Positions 13,555-28,289 of a stretch of 64,000 bases of DNA are shown here, piece by piece. Within the stretch, counting starts at the first letter, position 1. The number at the start of each line of letters is the position of its first letter. Below the pieces are notes generated by a model. The model did no database searches and had not been told where the DNA came from. It saw only the letters and a list, made by a program, of their open reading frames with translations. Location of the stretch: assembly GCF_006345805.1 (NCBI RefSeq), contig NC_042999.1:61566001-61630000 (forward strand). Reading direction: 5' to 3'. Source of the DNA: Octopus sinensis. Its lineage: Eukaryota. The position numbers and the translations under genes were made by a program.

Positions 13555-14630
13555 CTGTGGTTTCTCAGTGGCTTTTTAATTTATATATGGATGGTGTGTT
13601 GAGAGAGGTAAATGCTAGAAACCTTTGGTAGGGGAGCCCAAATGGTGGAAGAAAATGGAGAGAAAAGGCAGGTGAGTCTGCTGATGATACACCTCTCGTG
13701 CGGATTCGGGGAGAACAACAGAGGAGACAGGTGATAGAGTTTGGAAGAGTGTGTGAGAGGAGGAAACTGAAAGTGAATGTATCTAAGAGTAAAGTGATGT
13801 GATTCCCGAGATATGGAATGGCTGGTAGGATAGATTTGAGTATAAATGCTGAGATGGTAGAGGAGAGGAGGTGAGTGTTTTTAAGTATCTAGGATCACAT
13901 GTGACAGCAAATGGGGTGTTGGCTGAGGAGGTGGGATAAAGAGTGAGCGAGGGGATTAAGATACTTGGAGTTGTAAAAAGTATGCTAAGAGATAAAAGGT
14001 TGAGTATGAAAGGGAAAAGAGGTGTGTATGAGGGCATGATTGTGCCGACAATGTTATATGGTGCAGAGACGTGATGGGACTGAGAGAGGCGGAAAGGAGG
14101 CAACTAGATGTGTTTGTGATGAGATTCTGAGGGCTGTGGTTGGTGTGACACGGAGGGACAGGATGGGGAATGAGGAGGTGCGAAGACGAGCTGGAATGAA
14201 GAAAAGACTAACAACCAAATTGGCTAGACGAATGTTGAGGTGATTTGGCCACATTGAGAGGATGGGTGAGGTAAGGAGGGTAATGGAGGATGAAGTTGTA
14301 GGCAGCAGAACCAGAGGCAAACATCGGTGTGTGTAGATGGATGGAGTGAGGAAAGCTTTGGTGGTTAGAGGTGTTTGAGTCAAAGAGGCCAGAGAGAGAA
14401 AGAGGCAAGTGGAAAGCTTGGAGAGTGTTTGTAGACGGATGAGTGAATTTTGATGTTGTTCAAAGGGATACGGAACCAATGTGAAGCGGCTAGAGTAAAC
14501 CACCATATGCTGTCGGGCCTCGCTGCTGATATTCGGGGGTTGCGTTCTATGCCGTGACCCGAGCATAGAACGGGCCTCGCCCCTCTGAGCTGGAAAATGA
14601 ATGGAATGCCTGGTGTATTGTCTTGCTGTA
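13555..14630 (+). mobile_element. RTE-clade LINE 3' fragment (degenerate RT)
   Basis: Interrupted frames give WLFNLYMDGVLREVN, ADDT, LKVNVSKSKVM, FKYLGS, MIVPTMLYGAET and FGHIERMG, all typical of RTE-type RT. Confidence 0.8.
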
Positions 14631-14829
14631 GTTAGCCCATCCTAAGGAAAATTAATGAGTAGGCCTGGGTATATGTAATTTTATTTATAAGTATTTCACA
14701 TCTGGAAAGAGACCCTCCTTCATGGAATTGCACCAAGAAAGCTCCCCTCAGAGACACAAGTCCGAACAAGGTTGTTTTTGGAAGACCAGCAGTCGCCCAT
14801 ACATACCAGCTTCTCCACGCCACCGATAC

Positions 14830-14980
14830 AGCAATTCATTTCTACAACTAAGTGAACTGGAGCAACGTAAAATAAAGTGTCTTACTCAGGAACCCAACAC
14901 AGATCCCTGTCCAGGAATCGAACTCACTACCTCATTATTGTGAGCCAGATACTCTAACAGCTGAGCCATGCGCCTTCACA
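14830..14980 (-). mobile_element. SINE family C, 5' part
   Basis: agtgaactggagcaacgtaaaataaagtgtctt...ggaatcgaactcac matches 960-1097. Confidence 0.7.
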
Positions 14981-15820
14981 TTTTTACATCTACATGATGC
15001 TCTATATGTGCTAAAAGTATAAATCCACTGAAAAATGAAATTTTATGATTTCAGAGATATTTTGTTTCTAGCATTATAATAAACAATTGTCTCAAATTAT
15101 GATTTCATAAAACAACATATAGAACCAATTTCCAGCATTTCAAGCTGTATGAGGAAAGAAAAACGTAGACATTACCAATTATATAACCATCATATCACGT
15201 TTCTTGGTCTGGTGTTATTGGAACTTCTGAGAATTATATAGAAACTATTTTACTTCCATTACGTAAAAAAGCAATTTCACATGGAAAAAAATAATTGGAT
15301 ATCTTGGTCTAAAATAAATAACCTTTTCCAGGCGGCGATCAACTTTGCTTAGCAAAGACAGTGTAGTGGATCTCGTTTGATATGTATAGAGAATGCATGG
15401 AGGGCTTGAGCTACTAATGGGGAACCGCTTGCTTAGATCAAGGTTGTCTTAAGCTCTAACAGAAGCAGCGATTTCTGAAATAGATGTGGCGGCTACATTA
15501 TATTTCACAGCATCCAACTGAATGAAAATATGGCATGGTCACCTTACCATTTTGCGGTTCTTAAGATAGTCACTCTTACGATAGTCATTTTCGCTGTTGC
15601 AACTAGAGTTTTTACGCAGAGTTAAGGTAACGTTCATCACCATCGTTCTCACCACTGCTATTACTATTCAATATCTGATAGCTTCAAATAATTTTCTATT
15701 GCATCACTTGCTGTACTTTTGTGCTGGTGTGTTGTGTGCTTCATTTTTCCCTTCTGGAGTATATTGTATTGCATTAGTATGTTATTTTATAGGGTTTGGT
15801 TTCAGTCTTCTGTTTTATCA

Positions 15821-16751
15821 ACGATAAAAATGTTTTTATTGTATCGAAAAACAACTTTTACTAAATTAAAAACATGCGTATCACTAGATCTACACTGGGG
15901 GCTTTCAAACATTTATGACTAGAATGTAGAAAAAATGATGAAGATAAGATATATCCAGTGTCCACTCTTGAAGCAATTCCGAGTCAGGTTTTTAAAATTT
16001 GAGTACCGTGTCTTGTTTGTACAGTGTGGGTTGTGTTCTGTTGGATATCGGGCTTCTAGAGTAGATGTGGAATTTGTTCATTTTATTGTGTATTTGCTGT
16101 ATGAGTTTATTCCTGTATGTTATGGGGGTAGTGTTGCTTAGCAGTGTTTGTAAATTATATATCAATATTTCTTTGTATTCATAGTAATCTGTCCATCGTT
16201 CTTGTTTTCGGTCTTGTTATGGCTCCGTCTTTACAGCGTTTAATTTTTGACAGAACACCATCCATGGACATGAACTGATGTTTCTTTAGTATTTATAATT
16301 ATTATTGATATATAAGCGACAGACAGAGAAAAAACAACAACATGCATATATAGAGAGGACTTGTATAGAAATGGAAGCATCTGTGTTTAATCTTTTACTC
16401 AAAGGTTTGCCGTTTTCGTATAGAGTTTTATATATACAGGGAGCAAATTTTTCGCTTGAATTATTTGCTCCGTATTGAAATTATTTTCACACTGGTGGGT
16501 GCCATGATTTTGGTGCAAAACGAATATATATATATGTGTGTGTGTGTGTGTGCGTATATATATATATGTGTGTATGCGTGTTTGTGTACGTATATATATA
16601 TAACGTTAGCACGCCGGGCGGAATGCGTACCCGTATTCCGTCTGCCGTTACGTTCTGAGTTCAAATTCCGCCGAGGTCGATGTAATCCACTTAATCCCTT
16701 TGTCTGTCCTTGTTTGTCCCCTCTATGTTTAGCCCCTTGTGGGTAGTAAAG

Positions 16752-16819
<68 letters not shown>

Positions 16820-17268
16820 TACATATATATGTATATATATATATACTATATTCCATATGAAAAAATTCTTCAGTTTCCTTGGATAGCTTACATTAATACA
16901 TAGTTTTCTTTCATTGTTTTTGTGAATTCTTAATTCCTACTTTGTGATGGATTCATATTTGCGGTTCGGTTATAGAGACCGATGGGTTTTAAAATCTAAT
17001 TACTGGAGATGATTCTTTCGGCTAAATTTATTCAAGACGTTGACCCAGCATGGCTGCTTTCTAATGACTGAAAAAGTAAACGATCAAAGATAAAAATGCT
17101 GTTATTATAACGAAAAACAACTTTTACTAAATTAAAAACATGCGTATCACTAGTTCTACACTGAGGTGTTTCAAACATTTATGACTAGAATGTAGACAAA
17201 AATGAAGATAGATATATCCAGTGTCCATTCTTGAAGCAGTTCCGAGTCAGGCTTTTAAAATATGAGTA
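15821..17268 (+). repeat. Dispersed direct repeat of about 180 bp (15821-16005 and 17088-17268)
   Basis: gaaaaacaacttttactaaattaaaaacatgcgtatcactag...ttccgagtcagg occurs twice. Confidence 0.85.
16600..16755 (+). mobile_element. SINE family B (internally deleted)
   Basis: Matches 6264-6489. Confidence 0.8.
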
Positions 17269-17954
17269 AATGGCCATTGGAAATACATCCACTTTGCCTT
17301 ACTTTAATTCTATTCCTTTGCAATTAACTCTACGCGTGTGAAGCCACCCTCAAAAATATACCAAGCGCCAGAAGTATCAGCTGTAATTTTAAAGGTTTGG
17401 TGATTGCTCCAAGCTAGGACGTCTTCTTCGTTTTTATGGGTCAGTTTATGTGTTGAACTGTTGTGTTGATAAAATGAGAACACCTCATAAGTACAACGCA
17501 CCTCAAGTATGTATAACTCAAAGCAAAAGTGGGCTCGATTCAATCGAATATAAAGCACTTCTACCAATATGTTGCGTATTATTGATAGTAATAAGGCTGT
17601 GGCTTCGTAGAATCTATAAAGAATCGGACAAATGTTTGCACTATTCAGTCACACCTTTTTATGAGTGAGCTGAATTTCATTTCAAGGTTCATAAAATAAA
17701 GTCCCACCTATTTTCTTGCGTCCTTTTAATCAACCACATCCTTTTCTTAAATATCTGGGCCTTTGTTTGTATTAGAGCTACAAGAAATGTTGAGATTGTA
17801 TATCCAGAGGTACATGTAATCTTGGGATGATATATTGGGTTTTAACTTTCATTTTTGTAACTTAACTGTCCTAATTATATAACATTATTATAAATTCTTT
17901 ATTCCTGACCACTTAACTACTCGGTAGAATGATTGTACTACATTATTATATAAT

Positions 17955-17997
<43 letters not shown>

Positions 17998-18069
17998 TAA
18001 TTAAAAATTGAGGGAGATAAATTAATATTAATTTTAATATCAATTTAAAAACCAGCCCTGCCAATATAC

Positions 18070-18125
<56 letters not shown>

Positions 18126-18762
18126 CTATATATATATACATATATATATGTATATATATAAAATATATAAAATATATATATATTAAATAAAGAAAATATA
18201 TACTAATGTGGTTATCGTGCTTCTATCATCATTAATAATACTGCTGTTGTTTAAACGTTACAGCCATTTGCACATTTTTATCACTTTCTTTTTTTCTGTC
18301 TCGTTTGCGTTTTGGTCTCAATACTTTCATTAATTCTGGTGTTATTAAGTATCGCATAAGACATAGGATAATTCTGTTTCAAAGTATATTTTAAAATATA
18401 TTACCATCTTCGCCAACAAATGCTAACTTAATATATTTGAAACATATCATTAAATTAGTTAGGTTTTATCATATGCAGGATTGCATTACTGAGTAATGCT
18501 TTTAAACTGCTAATATAGCAATATAAAAGTTTAAATGGAATTAAGAAGACTAAATAAATTTCCCATAATTTCATTTATATTCTATATATTAAGTAATTCG
18601 CTGATATATGCTAGACAGATCAAAAGGCTAATGGCATATTTACTGTTGAGAGTAACAGCTAACACAAATATATGATCGAGCTTGTTTTAAAGACGAAGAC
18701 GTAAGGAACAAAGAGAACATAGATAGATGGACAGATAAAAAGAAGGGGAAAATGTATAACAA

Positions 18763-18806
<44 letters not shown>

Positions 18807-19580
18807 GAAGCGATGATCAAATTTATAGGAATTGAGGGAGGGAAAACGATGGAAGATACACAGGCAGCCATATTGGAACAACGTCAGATGCACATAATAA
18901 TGTGGAGAAGACGGAAAATTAGATTAAGGAATGATTAATAATCTTCTAATAGCCAGCAGCCATTTATTTTCATGAGGCTTGGCTGAATATTCAGATCACT
19001 CATTTCAGCAAACTACAATATTTACCTTAGCATACATCAGATAAAACCATAGTTTAGCCAATATACTTTACTTAACATATTGCATTTCCAAAGTACACTA
19101 CACCTTAACACTGCGTTATTGATTTCTGTTCAGTTAGAATATGTGTACATATAAACATTGGCTGAAATAGGTATCTATAAAAATAAACAAATTCACTCAG
19201 TTTGCAATTTCTCTTGATGTGTGCAAGATAAGAGTAACAGGGTTACCAGATTAGCTGTGGTCATTCCAGCGTTCGTGTCCTTTTAGCGTGAATAAAATGA
19301 AACCTTCTATAAGGTGATTGCTTCGGCATGCACTCTCACATATAACTACGCATATACGCACCAAACTATTAAGAAACTAATAACTTCTGTGATCAGATAG
19401 CAAATGACCTACATTTTGCATTCATAAGGCTATGCTGAACATATTCGTATAATTGCGTGATGCGTGATTTTCACGTGGCCACAATTTCGCAAATCACACA
19501 TGTGCATGTACGTTTTTCTTTGTATATATATATATATGTTTACAATATAAATAAATATAATATACATATATTAATATGTA

Positions 19581-19619
<39 letters not shown>

Positions 19620-19728
19620 ATATATATGCATATATATAATTATATATATATATAATATATATATATGTTTACAATATAAATAAATATAATATACATATAT
19701 TAATATGTAATATATATATATATATATA

Positions 19729-20682
19729 CAGAAGGTTATCAATGGCGTGGATGACCGAATAAGCCTTCAGTCAGACCTACTGGCTGTTGTCCAATGGGCG
19801 GAAAAGAATAACATGTTGCTAAACGAAGACAAATTCGAACTGATCCACTTTGGAAGGGAGGACGCTCTGAAACTCCCATACTCCCTTCCTTCTGGAGAAA
19901 TTCTCATGGCATCCAACAACATCAGAGACTTGGGAGTAATAGTGGACAACAACATAAGCTGGGCTACACATATAAGCAGCAAAGTTGACATGGCCCGCAG
20001 AATGTGTTCCTGGATTCTCAGAACCTTCCAGTCGAGAGATTCCCACACTATTATCCTTCTCTTCTCCACTTTTGCCCGACCCCACCTTGAATACTGCTGT
20101 CCACTGTGGTCTCCCTACACAAAACAAAATATTATGAGAATTGAAGCTCCCCAAAGGTCAATCACAAAAAAGTTAGATGCCATGTCAGACCTTGACTACT
20201 GGGGTAGACTAGAAAAGCTGAAACTGTATTCACTCCAACGACGCCGTGAACGCTACATTATCTGTATGATGTGGAAAATATTCCATCAGCACTGTCCGAA
20301 TGATGTTGGCATCACCTTCAAAATACATCCAAGGTTTGGACCACGTGCCATCCGTCCACAACAAAAATCTAAATCGCACCACATAACGACAATACGGCAC
20401 AACTATTTCACCTCAATTGGACCCGCTCTCTTCAACATTACACCAGGACACGTCAAAAAAGAAACTGACCACACAAAATTCAAGAAGTCTTTGGACAAAT
20501 TCCTTCAAAATGTCCCGGACAAACCACCCACACCCAGATATGTCTCCGCAAACAATAACTCTCTGCTCGAATGGGCCTTGGTACCCAAATCCTGAATTGA
20601 AAGACTTCGCCAGGTGGTGCTATTAAGTTAGACATGGCCTGGGCCAATACTGGCCAAAACCTTTCTAAGTTATTCTAAGTTA
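19729..20682 (+). mobile_element. 5'-truncated CR1/L2-group LINE with an uninterrupted C-terminal ORF (19747-20595) and a tandem 3' tail
   Basis: 282-aa frame with IRDLGV, RPHLEYCCPLWSP and LYSLQRRRERY, homologous to the ORF at 9650-10153. Ends in (TTCTAAGTTA)x2. Confidence 0.9.
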
Positions 20683-20804
20683 TATATTACATATTAATAT
20701 ATGTATATTATATTTTTTTATATTGTAAACATATAATATATATATATATATATATTATATAAATATGCATTATATTATATTATATATTGTTATATATAAT
20801 ATAT

Positions 20805-20855
<51 letters not shown>

Positions 20856-21519
20856 TATATAATATATATAAATATATCATATATGTATATAAAATATCTA
20901 CAAAGTATTTATATAATGTACATATATACATATATAATGTTGTGTGTGCGTGCATATGTGTATATGCATGTGAGTGTGTGTGTGTATGTGTGTGTGCACT
21001 CACCTACAGGGAATCAGATATTCACTCATTCAGCTTCGAGCATATTATTTACAAACTTTGAGAGGATATTTGGTTGATGTAATTATCTCCAAAAGATACC
21101 ATTGAAACTGATTCTATAAGCATTTAAAATTTGTGCATTTAAATCCAACATTTAAATTGTGTAAGTCAGCAAATAGTGGTCAATCTATATCAATGATATT
21201 TAAATCCCCGTTCATTTGGGAACTCAGAAATCATGGATTAGAAAGAACTTCAGTAACAAGCATATTCGACTGCAATGCTTTATTTATATTTGAATTGAAC
21301 CCGAAACTGTAGGCTATACTTTACTGAAGCGTTCAAGAACTGAATGACATTTTATGGGTTAGAGTATCACGCTCTAGATCCAACCAACACCAATCTGGTT
21401 GGCTAGCTTGTTCTGTCCTGAGACCTGCTTAGATTTTTAGATCTGGTATTAGAAGAATGAAACAGTATCGCAACACAATTAGTGTGGAAAAATGCACCAA
21501 AGCAATCCTTTGCGTACGT

Positions 21520-21790
21520 AGTGTTTATATATTTAAAAATGTGAGAGATAGAAAATGTAATACACAAGATTTTATTTAGAAACACTACGACCGTTTCGAC
21601 CTATTATACAGCGGTAAATTTCAGGCGATACGCAGTGTAAACAGTTCCGGTTCTTCGTAGGTGCAAATGCACCTACAAAGTACGCCTAGAATGCACAACA
21701 ACTATTTGTAGAGCATGTCCCCAGAAAGGTATTGCTGCAGGATGAATCGAAACGTGAATTCCATTTTCCTTCCCTCATATTTTTATACAT
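21520..21790. mobile_element. Short element with inverted termini and a degenerate HHR-like motif (minus, 21585-21660)
   Basis: The minus strand reads CTAC GAAGA ACC...GGTC GAAAC G GTC GTAG; the core lacks the CU of CUGAAGA. The termini aaaaatgtgagagatagaaaatg and cattttccttccctcatattttt are inverted. Confidence 0.45.
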
Positions 21791-21815
21791 ACATATATAT
21801 GTATGTGTGTGTATG

Positions 21816-21851
<36 letters not shown>

Positions 21852-21894
21852 ATATATATGCGTGTGTGTGTGGTGTGTGTGTGAATGTGTGTAT

Positions 21895-21936
<42 letters not shown>

Positions 21937-22133
21937 TTACATATTTACATATGTATGTATATGCGTGTGTACATATATATCTATATGCCTATATGTATGT
22001 ATATATGGTATCATTATAAGTATATAGGGAGGCATCTAGACATACATACAGTCAGACAAATAAGTAATAAGTAGGTACGTAGGTATGTATGAGTGATAGA
22101 TATATATATATATAAGTATATAATATATATATA

Positions 22134-22730
22134 TTTGCCAGCTAAGTGTACAGAACAGTGCCCCAGAAGACATCTCTTCCAGCTGGCAAACGACACACAG
22201 TCTGTGTCCGTTCGTATTTGGGAGGGAAGAGATCATCGTTCCAATTTTTAGCCTTACGTCGTACACACGGACTCGAGTTTCTGGGTTGTCACCCGTCCTC
22301 AGCGCGTGTTAATTACTAGCTAGTGATGAGATCTCATTCCACTCGCAAATCATCATATACATTTCTAGCGACTCACTGATCTCGTAAAAAAAAGTGATAT
22401 ACTAAATCTCTGAGCGAAATATAAACAGTGGCGATATGAAAACGTAACATACATTTGCCAACTAATTGTGGCATCCTGTTCAGGTTAGTGCTACTGTTGT
22501 TTATAACCCCAGAATGACATCAAGGCTAGAGCTGGGAGCGATGACCTCCCTTCGCAAATACTAATCAGACACAGACTGTGTGCTGTTAGCCAGCTGGAAG
22601 AGGTGCCTTCCTGGGTCTATAAACAACAGTAGCACTGTCCTGTATAGGAGGCCACACTTCGTTGGCAAATATATGTTACGATTCCGTACCGCTACTGTTT
22701 ATATCTCGCTCAGAGATTTAATATAACATA
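22134..22730. mobile_element. HHR-bearing retrozyme/Penelope-pLTR-like element (family R): about 1.2 tandem units on minus, then an inverted partial unit
   Basis: TTTGCCA recurs at 22134 and 22454; inversion at about 22521; homologous to 54769-55365. Confidence 0.8.
22264..22308 (-). ncRNA. Type I hammerhead ribozyme motif
   Basis: CACGCG CTGAGGA C GGGT GACA ACCC A GAAAC TCGA GTC CGTGTG: stem I of 6 bp (one G-U), stem II of 4 bp, palindromic stem III ACTCGAGT, GUC cleavage triplet. Confidence 0.85.
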
Positions 22731-22800
22731 GTTGTATTTCATAACATTGTTTCTCACTAGCTATAGCTTACTATATGACTTCAATATATTTTTATGTATG

Positions 22801-22884
<84 letters not shown>

Positions 22885-23180
22885 GCGTGTGTGTGTGTGC
22901 GCGCGTATGGACAATAATAGAGGTTAAAACTTTTTTTTTAATCTTTTATCAGTACCCAGTATATAAAATGAAACCAAATGAGGTGAAAACTATATCACGG
23001 GAGAGTCTTTTGGCAATCCCAGAAATTAGGCTAATACAGAACTATCTATTCTATTAAAAATTTCCGTTAGCTTGTCGAATTCAACGCGTGTGTTTCTGAC
23101 TTCTTTGAGTGGGGAGACGATTTAGCGTCTATTTCTCAGCATATAGGCAAGAAAAGATTTTTCTAAGCCCTAATTATAAT

Positions 23181-23248
<68 letters not shown>

Positions 23249-23354
23249 GATGTATGCTTGTATGTATGTATGTATGTATGTAAGTATGTATGCATGTGTG
23301 TATGTATGCATATGCCTGTGTATGTATAGCCATATGTATATGTTTGAAGTTGCT

Positions 23355-24153
23355 CAGGATGTCACAAAGGTCACAGATGGGTTTCAATTTTTATAACTTC
23401 CTTAACTTTACAAATAAATGCATGAAATTTTGATACAATATAAAGGCCATAATGGAAATTAATATGCACAAGTCAAATTTTGCGACACCACTACATCACA
23501 TATGGAAAAGGACATCGCTTAAATGGCAGCCATTTTCGGCTTCGCACGCCCGAACTCTTTCCAAAATTTATTCTGTAACACCCTCAAACTTTTCAGACCC
23601 CAATTTTTTGATTTCTCTATAGGTGTTCTCCTTGAGTTGCACCAGGTTCTCCGGTTTGTTGACGAAAACTTTCTCTTTCTGATATTCCCACAAGCAAAGA
23701 TCCGGGCTAGTCAAGTCTGGGGAGGTGAAAGCCAGTTGACATTGCTGTAGTGGGAGATAATTCTCTCGCCAGAGCACCACCGTAGCAACGGCATGGTTTT
23801 TCTTGTGGTCTAAGTAGTTTCCTCATCTTGCTAGAACTATGTGTGAGGTCTACTTTGAATGGCCGGGTGAACAAAGGTCTTAGTCAATGATACCTGAAAG
23901 AGAGATTTTACGTCAAGAAACAGGAGACCCTGGTGCAACTGAAGGAGAACATCAATAGAGAAAACATAGAAGTGGAGTTGAAAATGGCTGCCATTTGAGC
24001 GATGCCAGTTTTCATATTTTTATGCAAAATGTGACTCGTGCATATAAATTTCCATTATATCCTTTATATTGTATAAAACTTTCATGCATTTATTCGTAAA
24101 ATCAAGGATGTTATTAAAAATTGAAAGTCTCCAGGGACTTTTGGGACACCCTG
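23355..24153. mobile_element. Tc1/mariner-derived fold-back element with a transposase C-terminal remnant
   Basis: Terminal inverted repeats CAGGATGTCACAAA / TTTGGGACACCCTG followed by TA; long inverted arms; the minus frame gives SPDLTSPDLCLWEY (SPDLxPxDxxLWG-like). Confidence 0.8.
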
Positions 24154-24154
24154 T

Positions 24155-24701
<547 letters not shown>

Positions 24702-24764
24702 GGAGTCGGTATAGATCATGCTTGAGCGCTAAGTCCAGAAGTTTTTTTATTATCTCTGTTTATT

Positions 24765-24897
24765 CTCTTATTCCTGTTGAATAACGTAGGCTCGAAACGT
24801 AAAATACTTTCTCACTTTCCCGAGCGTCAATCTAATACAACTACTTGTTATTTATACTTGTCTTTGTCTGTTGTTTTTTTCTGTAAATTTCAACCAT
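24765..24897 (+). mobile_element. Family H fragment with a degenerate HHR, ending in (TA)n
   Basis: CTGTTGAATAACGTAGGCTCGAAACGTAAAA followed by a ttcccgagcgtc tail shared with 44715-44846 (minus) and 51825-51955. Confidence 0.6.
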
Positions 24898-24909
24898 ATA
24901 TATATATTA

Positions 24910-25296
24910 CTAGCAGTATCGCCCGGCGTTGCTCGGGTTTGTAAGGGAAATAACTATATAAGCATTTTTAGAGAGTTATAGCCAAAAAATAGCAAAATAA
25001 TGCATTAAAAATGGAAAAAAAATGATGGTAATTTTTGTTTTAAATCGTTGACTCATCGTAGACATTTTTAGAGAGTTACTTCCCTTAGCGAAAAAATGCA
25101 TTAAAATGGAAAAAATGATGGTCAATTATTTTTTAAATCGTAGACTCATCGTAGACGCGCGCTAATACCCAGAAGGGATCGATATGAATCACGACTATAA
25201 GATACCCGCTTTTGGTTACACTGCCCCACAAAATGTGGGAGTAGTTAGGAATCTAAATCGTAGGAGACAGACACACAACTTCTCTTTTATATATAA
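24910..25296 (-). mobile_element. Non-autonomous Helitron
   Basis: The minus-strand 3' end is a CCCGAGCAACGCCGGG hairpin followed by CTAG|T. Second copy at 53608-54109. Confidence 0.75.
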
Positions 25297-25737
25297 AAAT
25301 ATACGTACATACACATATATCTATACATACGAATATGTAGTGATTCATACATACTTGAAAAATGTGTACAATGTATGTATATATATATATATATATATAT
25401 ATACGCGCGTGTATGTGTGTATGTATGTTTGTGTGTGTGCATATATAAATTCTCATACCCCTGCATATAGAGATGTATGTCTACTTGTATGTATCTGTGT
25501 TTCCATGAGTGTATGAGTATCACTGTTGGATAGTCTGAGATTATGAGACTAAATGCTAACAACTCTTTCGTTGATGTCACTATAGGTTTTATTCAATATT
25601 TGCCTTGCCTCTCTGCACGTCGATCAAATATCATCTGTGTGTTGTTGGGCTTCGTCATATTAAATACTTAACCAACTTCTACTAATATTTGTGGTCTTCT
25701 GCCAGGTTTTGAATAAATATTTGATACGGTAAATAAG

Positions 25738-25795
<58 letters not shown>

Positions 25796-25850
25796 TAATA
25801 ATAATAACAATAATAATAATAATAATAATAATGATAATAATAATAATAAC

Positions 25851-25904
<54 letters not shown>

Positions 25905-25905
25905 T
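25738..25905. repeat. (TAA)n microsatellite
   Basis: Visible directly in the sequence. Confidence 0.95.
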
Positions 25906-28048
25906 ACAAAATATTTATCGTTGGCATCCATCACATTCTAATTGTACAATTATTTCATAATTGCAATAAGGTAGATTTCAGAATCTCTTGTGGTATTATT
26001 TACAGAGCAAATAATGTTGCGTATAATTTTCATAGATACTACGGCTGCTTGTTTAAAGTAGAAAAACAAAATTTAATTAATTATGTATCCACAATAATTA
26101 CTTCTGCAACTAAGCATATACTAAGACACGTATGCGGTCAAAGTCCTACAACGTGCTCAAATCAGCAGTTATCCTCACTGCTTCCAGAACTTTGAATATG
26201 CTTACATACTAGTTAACGCCAGTTACCTTTTTACAGCAGCCGCTTTGTCTATCGCCCCCATCGCGTTCAGTTGACGACCATAATATTCAGATCCGCTAAC
26301 AGCGTGTTTGTATTCTCTATTCAGACATCAGTTTTTAATAAACAAACTTCCTTATTTCATCATCTATATATTATTCTAAACTCCATTCGACACGAAGTAT
26401 GTTGCAAAACAACAGCATTTAAAAATGCGCCACGTTAGTTTTCAAGCGTCATGTCTTATATCCATAGAGAAGGGTGGAGTGTATGTAGTCTTTTTTTTTT
26501 CTTTTAGAATCCCTTATTTTCTTATGTATACAGTTCTTTTATCTTTCTTTTGAAACTATATATTCTAACCGTCGACATTATATCATCACACCGAGTAGTG
26601 GTCAAAAACCATTTTAGTTGTATGTTCATGGTAATCGAAACCATTCTCTTCACCTCTTGTAATCATTTGACAAAATCTTTCCCTAATATATTGTTCCTTA
26701 TTGTTAAATCTCTGCTGAAAACAACAGATTCTGTTCTGATTTTCCTTTTCTCTGAGTCCTGCGACTTCTTATTTGGAATTGTATTTTCTTCCTTAACGTA
26801 TTTCCAAATCCGACTTAGAACTTTCTGTGCTGAGAAAAAAGCATTTCGTTTCATGTACGCCGGATCTTGTTTATTAATTTTATCTATAATGACTTTGCGG
26901 ATCACGAATTCCAGCGTTTGTGAGGCAAACTATCGGAAATGTAGACAATTTGTAATACCCCCATCGGTTAACCTAATCAGCTATTACATTTGGACTTGAT
27001 TTTAGTCCGTGATGTCGTATTATATTGATGCTTATGTTATGATTCTACAAAGTCATAAATTTGCTTTAATCATATGTTAAATTCAAATAAATATTCCGTT
27101 ATATATAGAAGCGTATATAAATATTTTATTCGGCTTACGATTCAATAGCTGCTGCTTTTTAGCCCTAAATCTGACATGGCTGAGCAGAAGTATTATCAAA
27201 ACATTCCACGCATCTATTTTCCCAGACGGTGTTCTCTGGACTACATGTGGCGTTCGTCCTTGAAAGCGTAGCTTGAAGATATAGTTGTTAGAACTAGTAG
27301 ATCAAACGGCCACAGACTAACTGAGAGGTGGCCGCACTCAGCACACACAGGTCCATTGTTTTGTTACTTTATATAACAAACAGTGGAATATGTTTTAGTA
27401 CTGTAAGAATAACTAGCTAATATGTAAGATAATGTTAAGCTTTTGATCTGAACATATGATAAATGGTATATGATAATACTGGACTAGTAAATCTAGTCCG
27501 GTATTATCCGCACAGCTCGAAGTAAGGTGAATAAAAAGCAAATGCGTAACAATGATGTCATGGTACTAGTGTATTACGGCAGTTTCAGGCGGCTCCTTTT
27601 AATCGAACAATGAAGCATTACATTAGATGGAAATACAAGATTTTCAACTGATAGGATACTCCATTATAATTTTTAGCAAATATTTTACCAGAATTAGAGA
27701 ATGAAAGAATTTCATATTGCTACTATTGTAGCAAAATAAACTTGGATAGAAAAACATTACCAACCCATGAGACCCACTGTTATCCTCTTCTGCCACTCTA
27801 AATTGTAGTTGGAGTATTTTATAAATCTAAGTTAATTCTGCTACAATAATAACAACATGGAATTCTTTCATTTTCTTGTTCTGACGAACCATTTGCCAAA
27901 AATCATAATGGAATATCCTATCTGTTGAAAACCGTTTTTTTTTTTGGCATCGGAAGATGGCGCCGTATTTCATATTGATTAAATGGAGCCGCCTGAAACA
28001 GCCATGGCGCATTAATACCTTCACATCCTTGTTGTTTATTTGCCTTAT

Positions 28049-28146
<98 letters not shown>

Positions 28147-28151
28147 AATAT

Positions 28152-28217
<66 letters not shown>

Positions 28218-28289
28218 ATACACACGCACATATGTATAATTAACAATTTTTATTGTAGGATTCTGCGAAGAATTATGTCATGTTCATCT

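Noticed and set aside
17270-17860. Coding-like minus-strand stretch (FKITADTSGAWYIFE)
   Set aside because: Multiple stops and no recognisable domain; it needs a translated search.
26663-26905. 80-aa minus ORF, possible exon
   Set aside because: No recognisable homology or supported splice structure.
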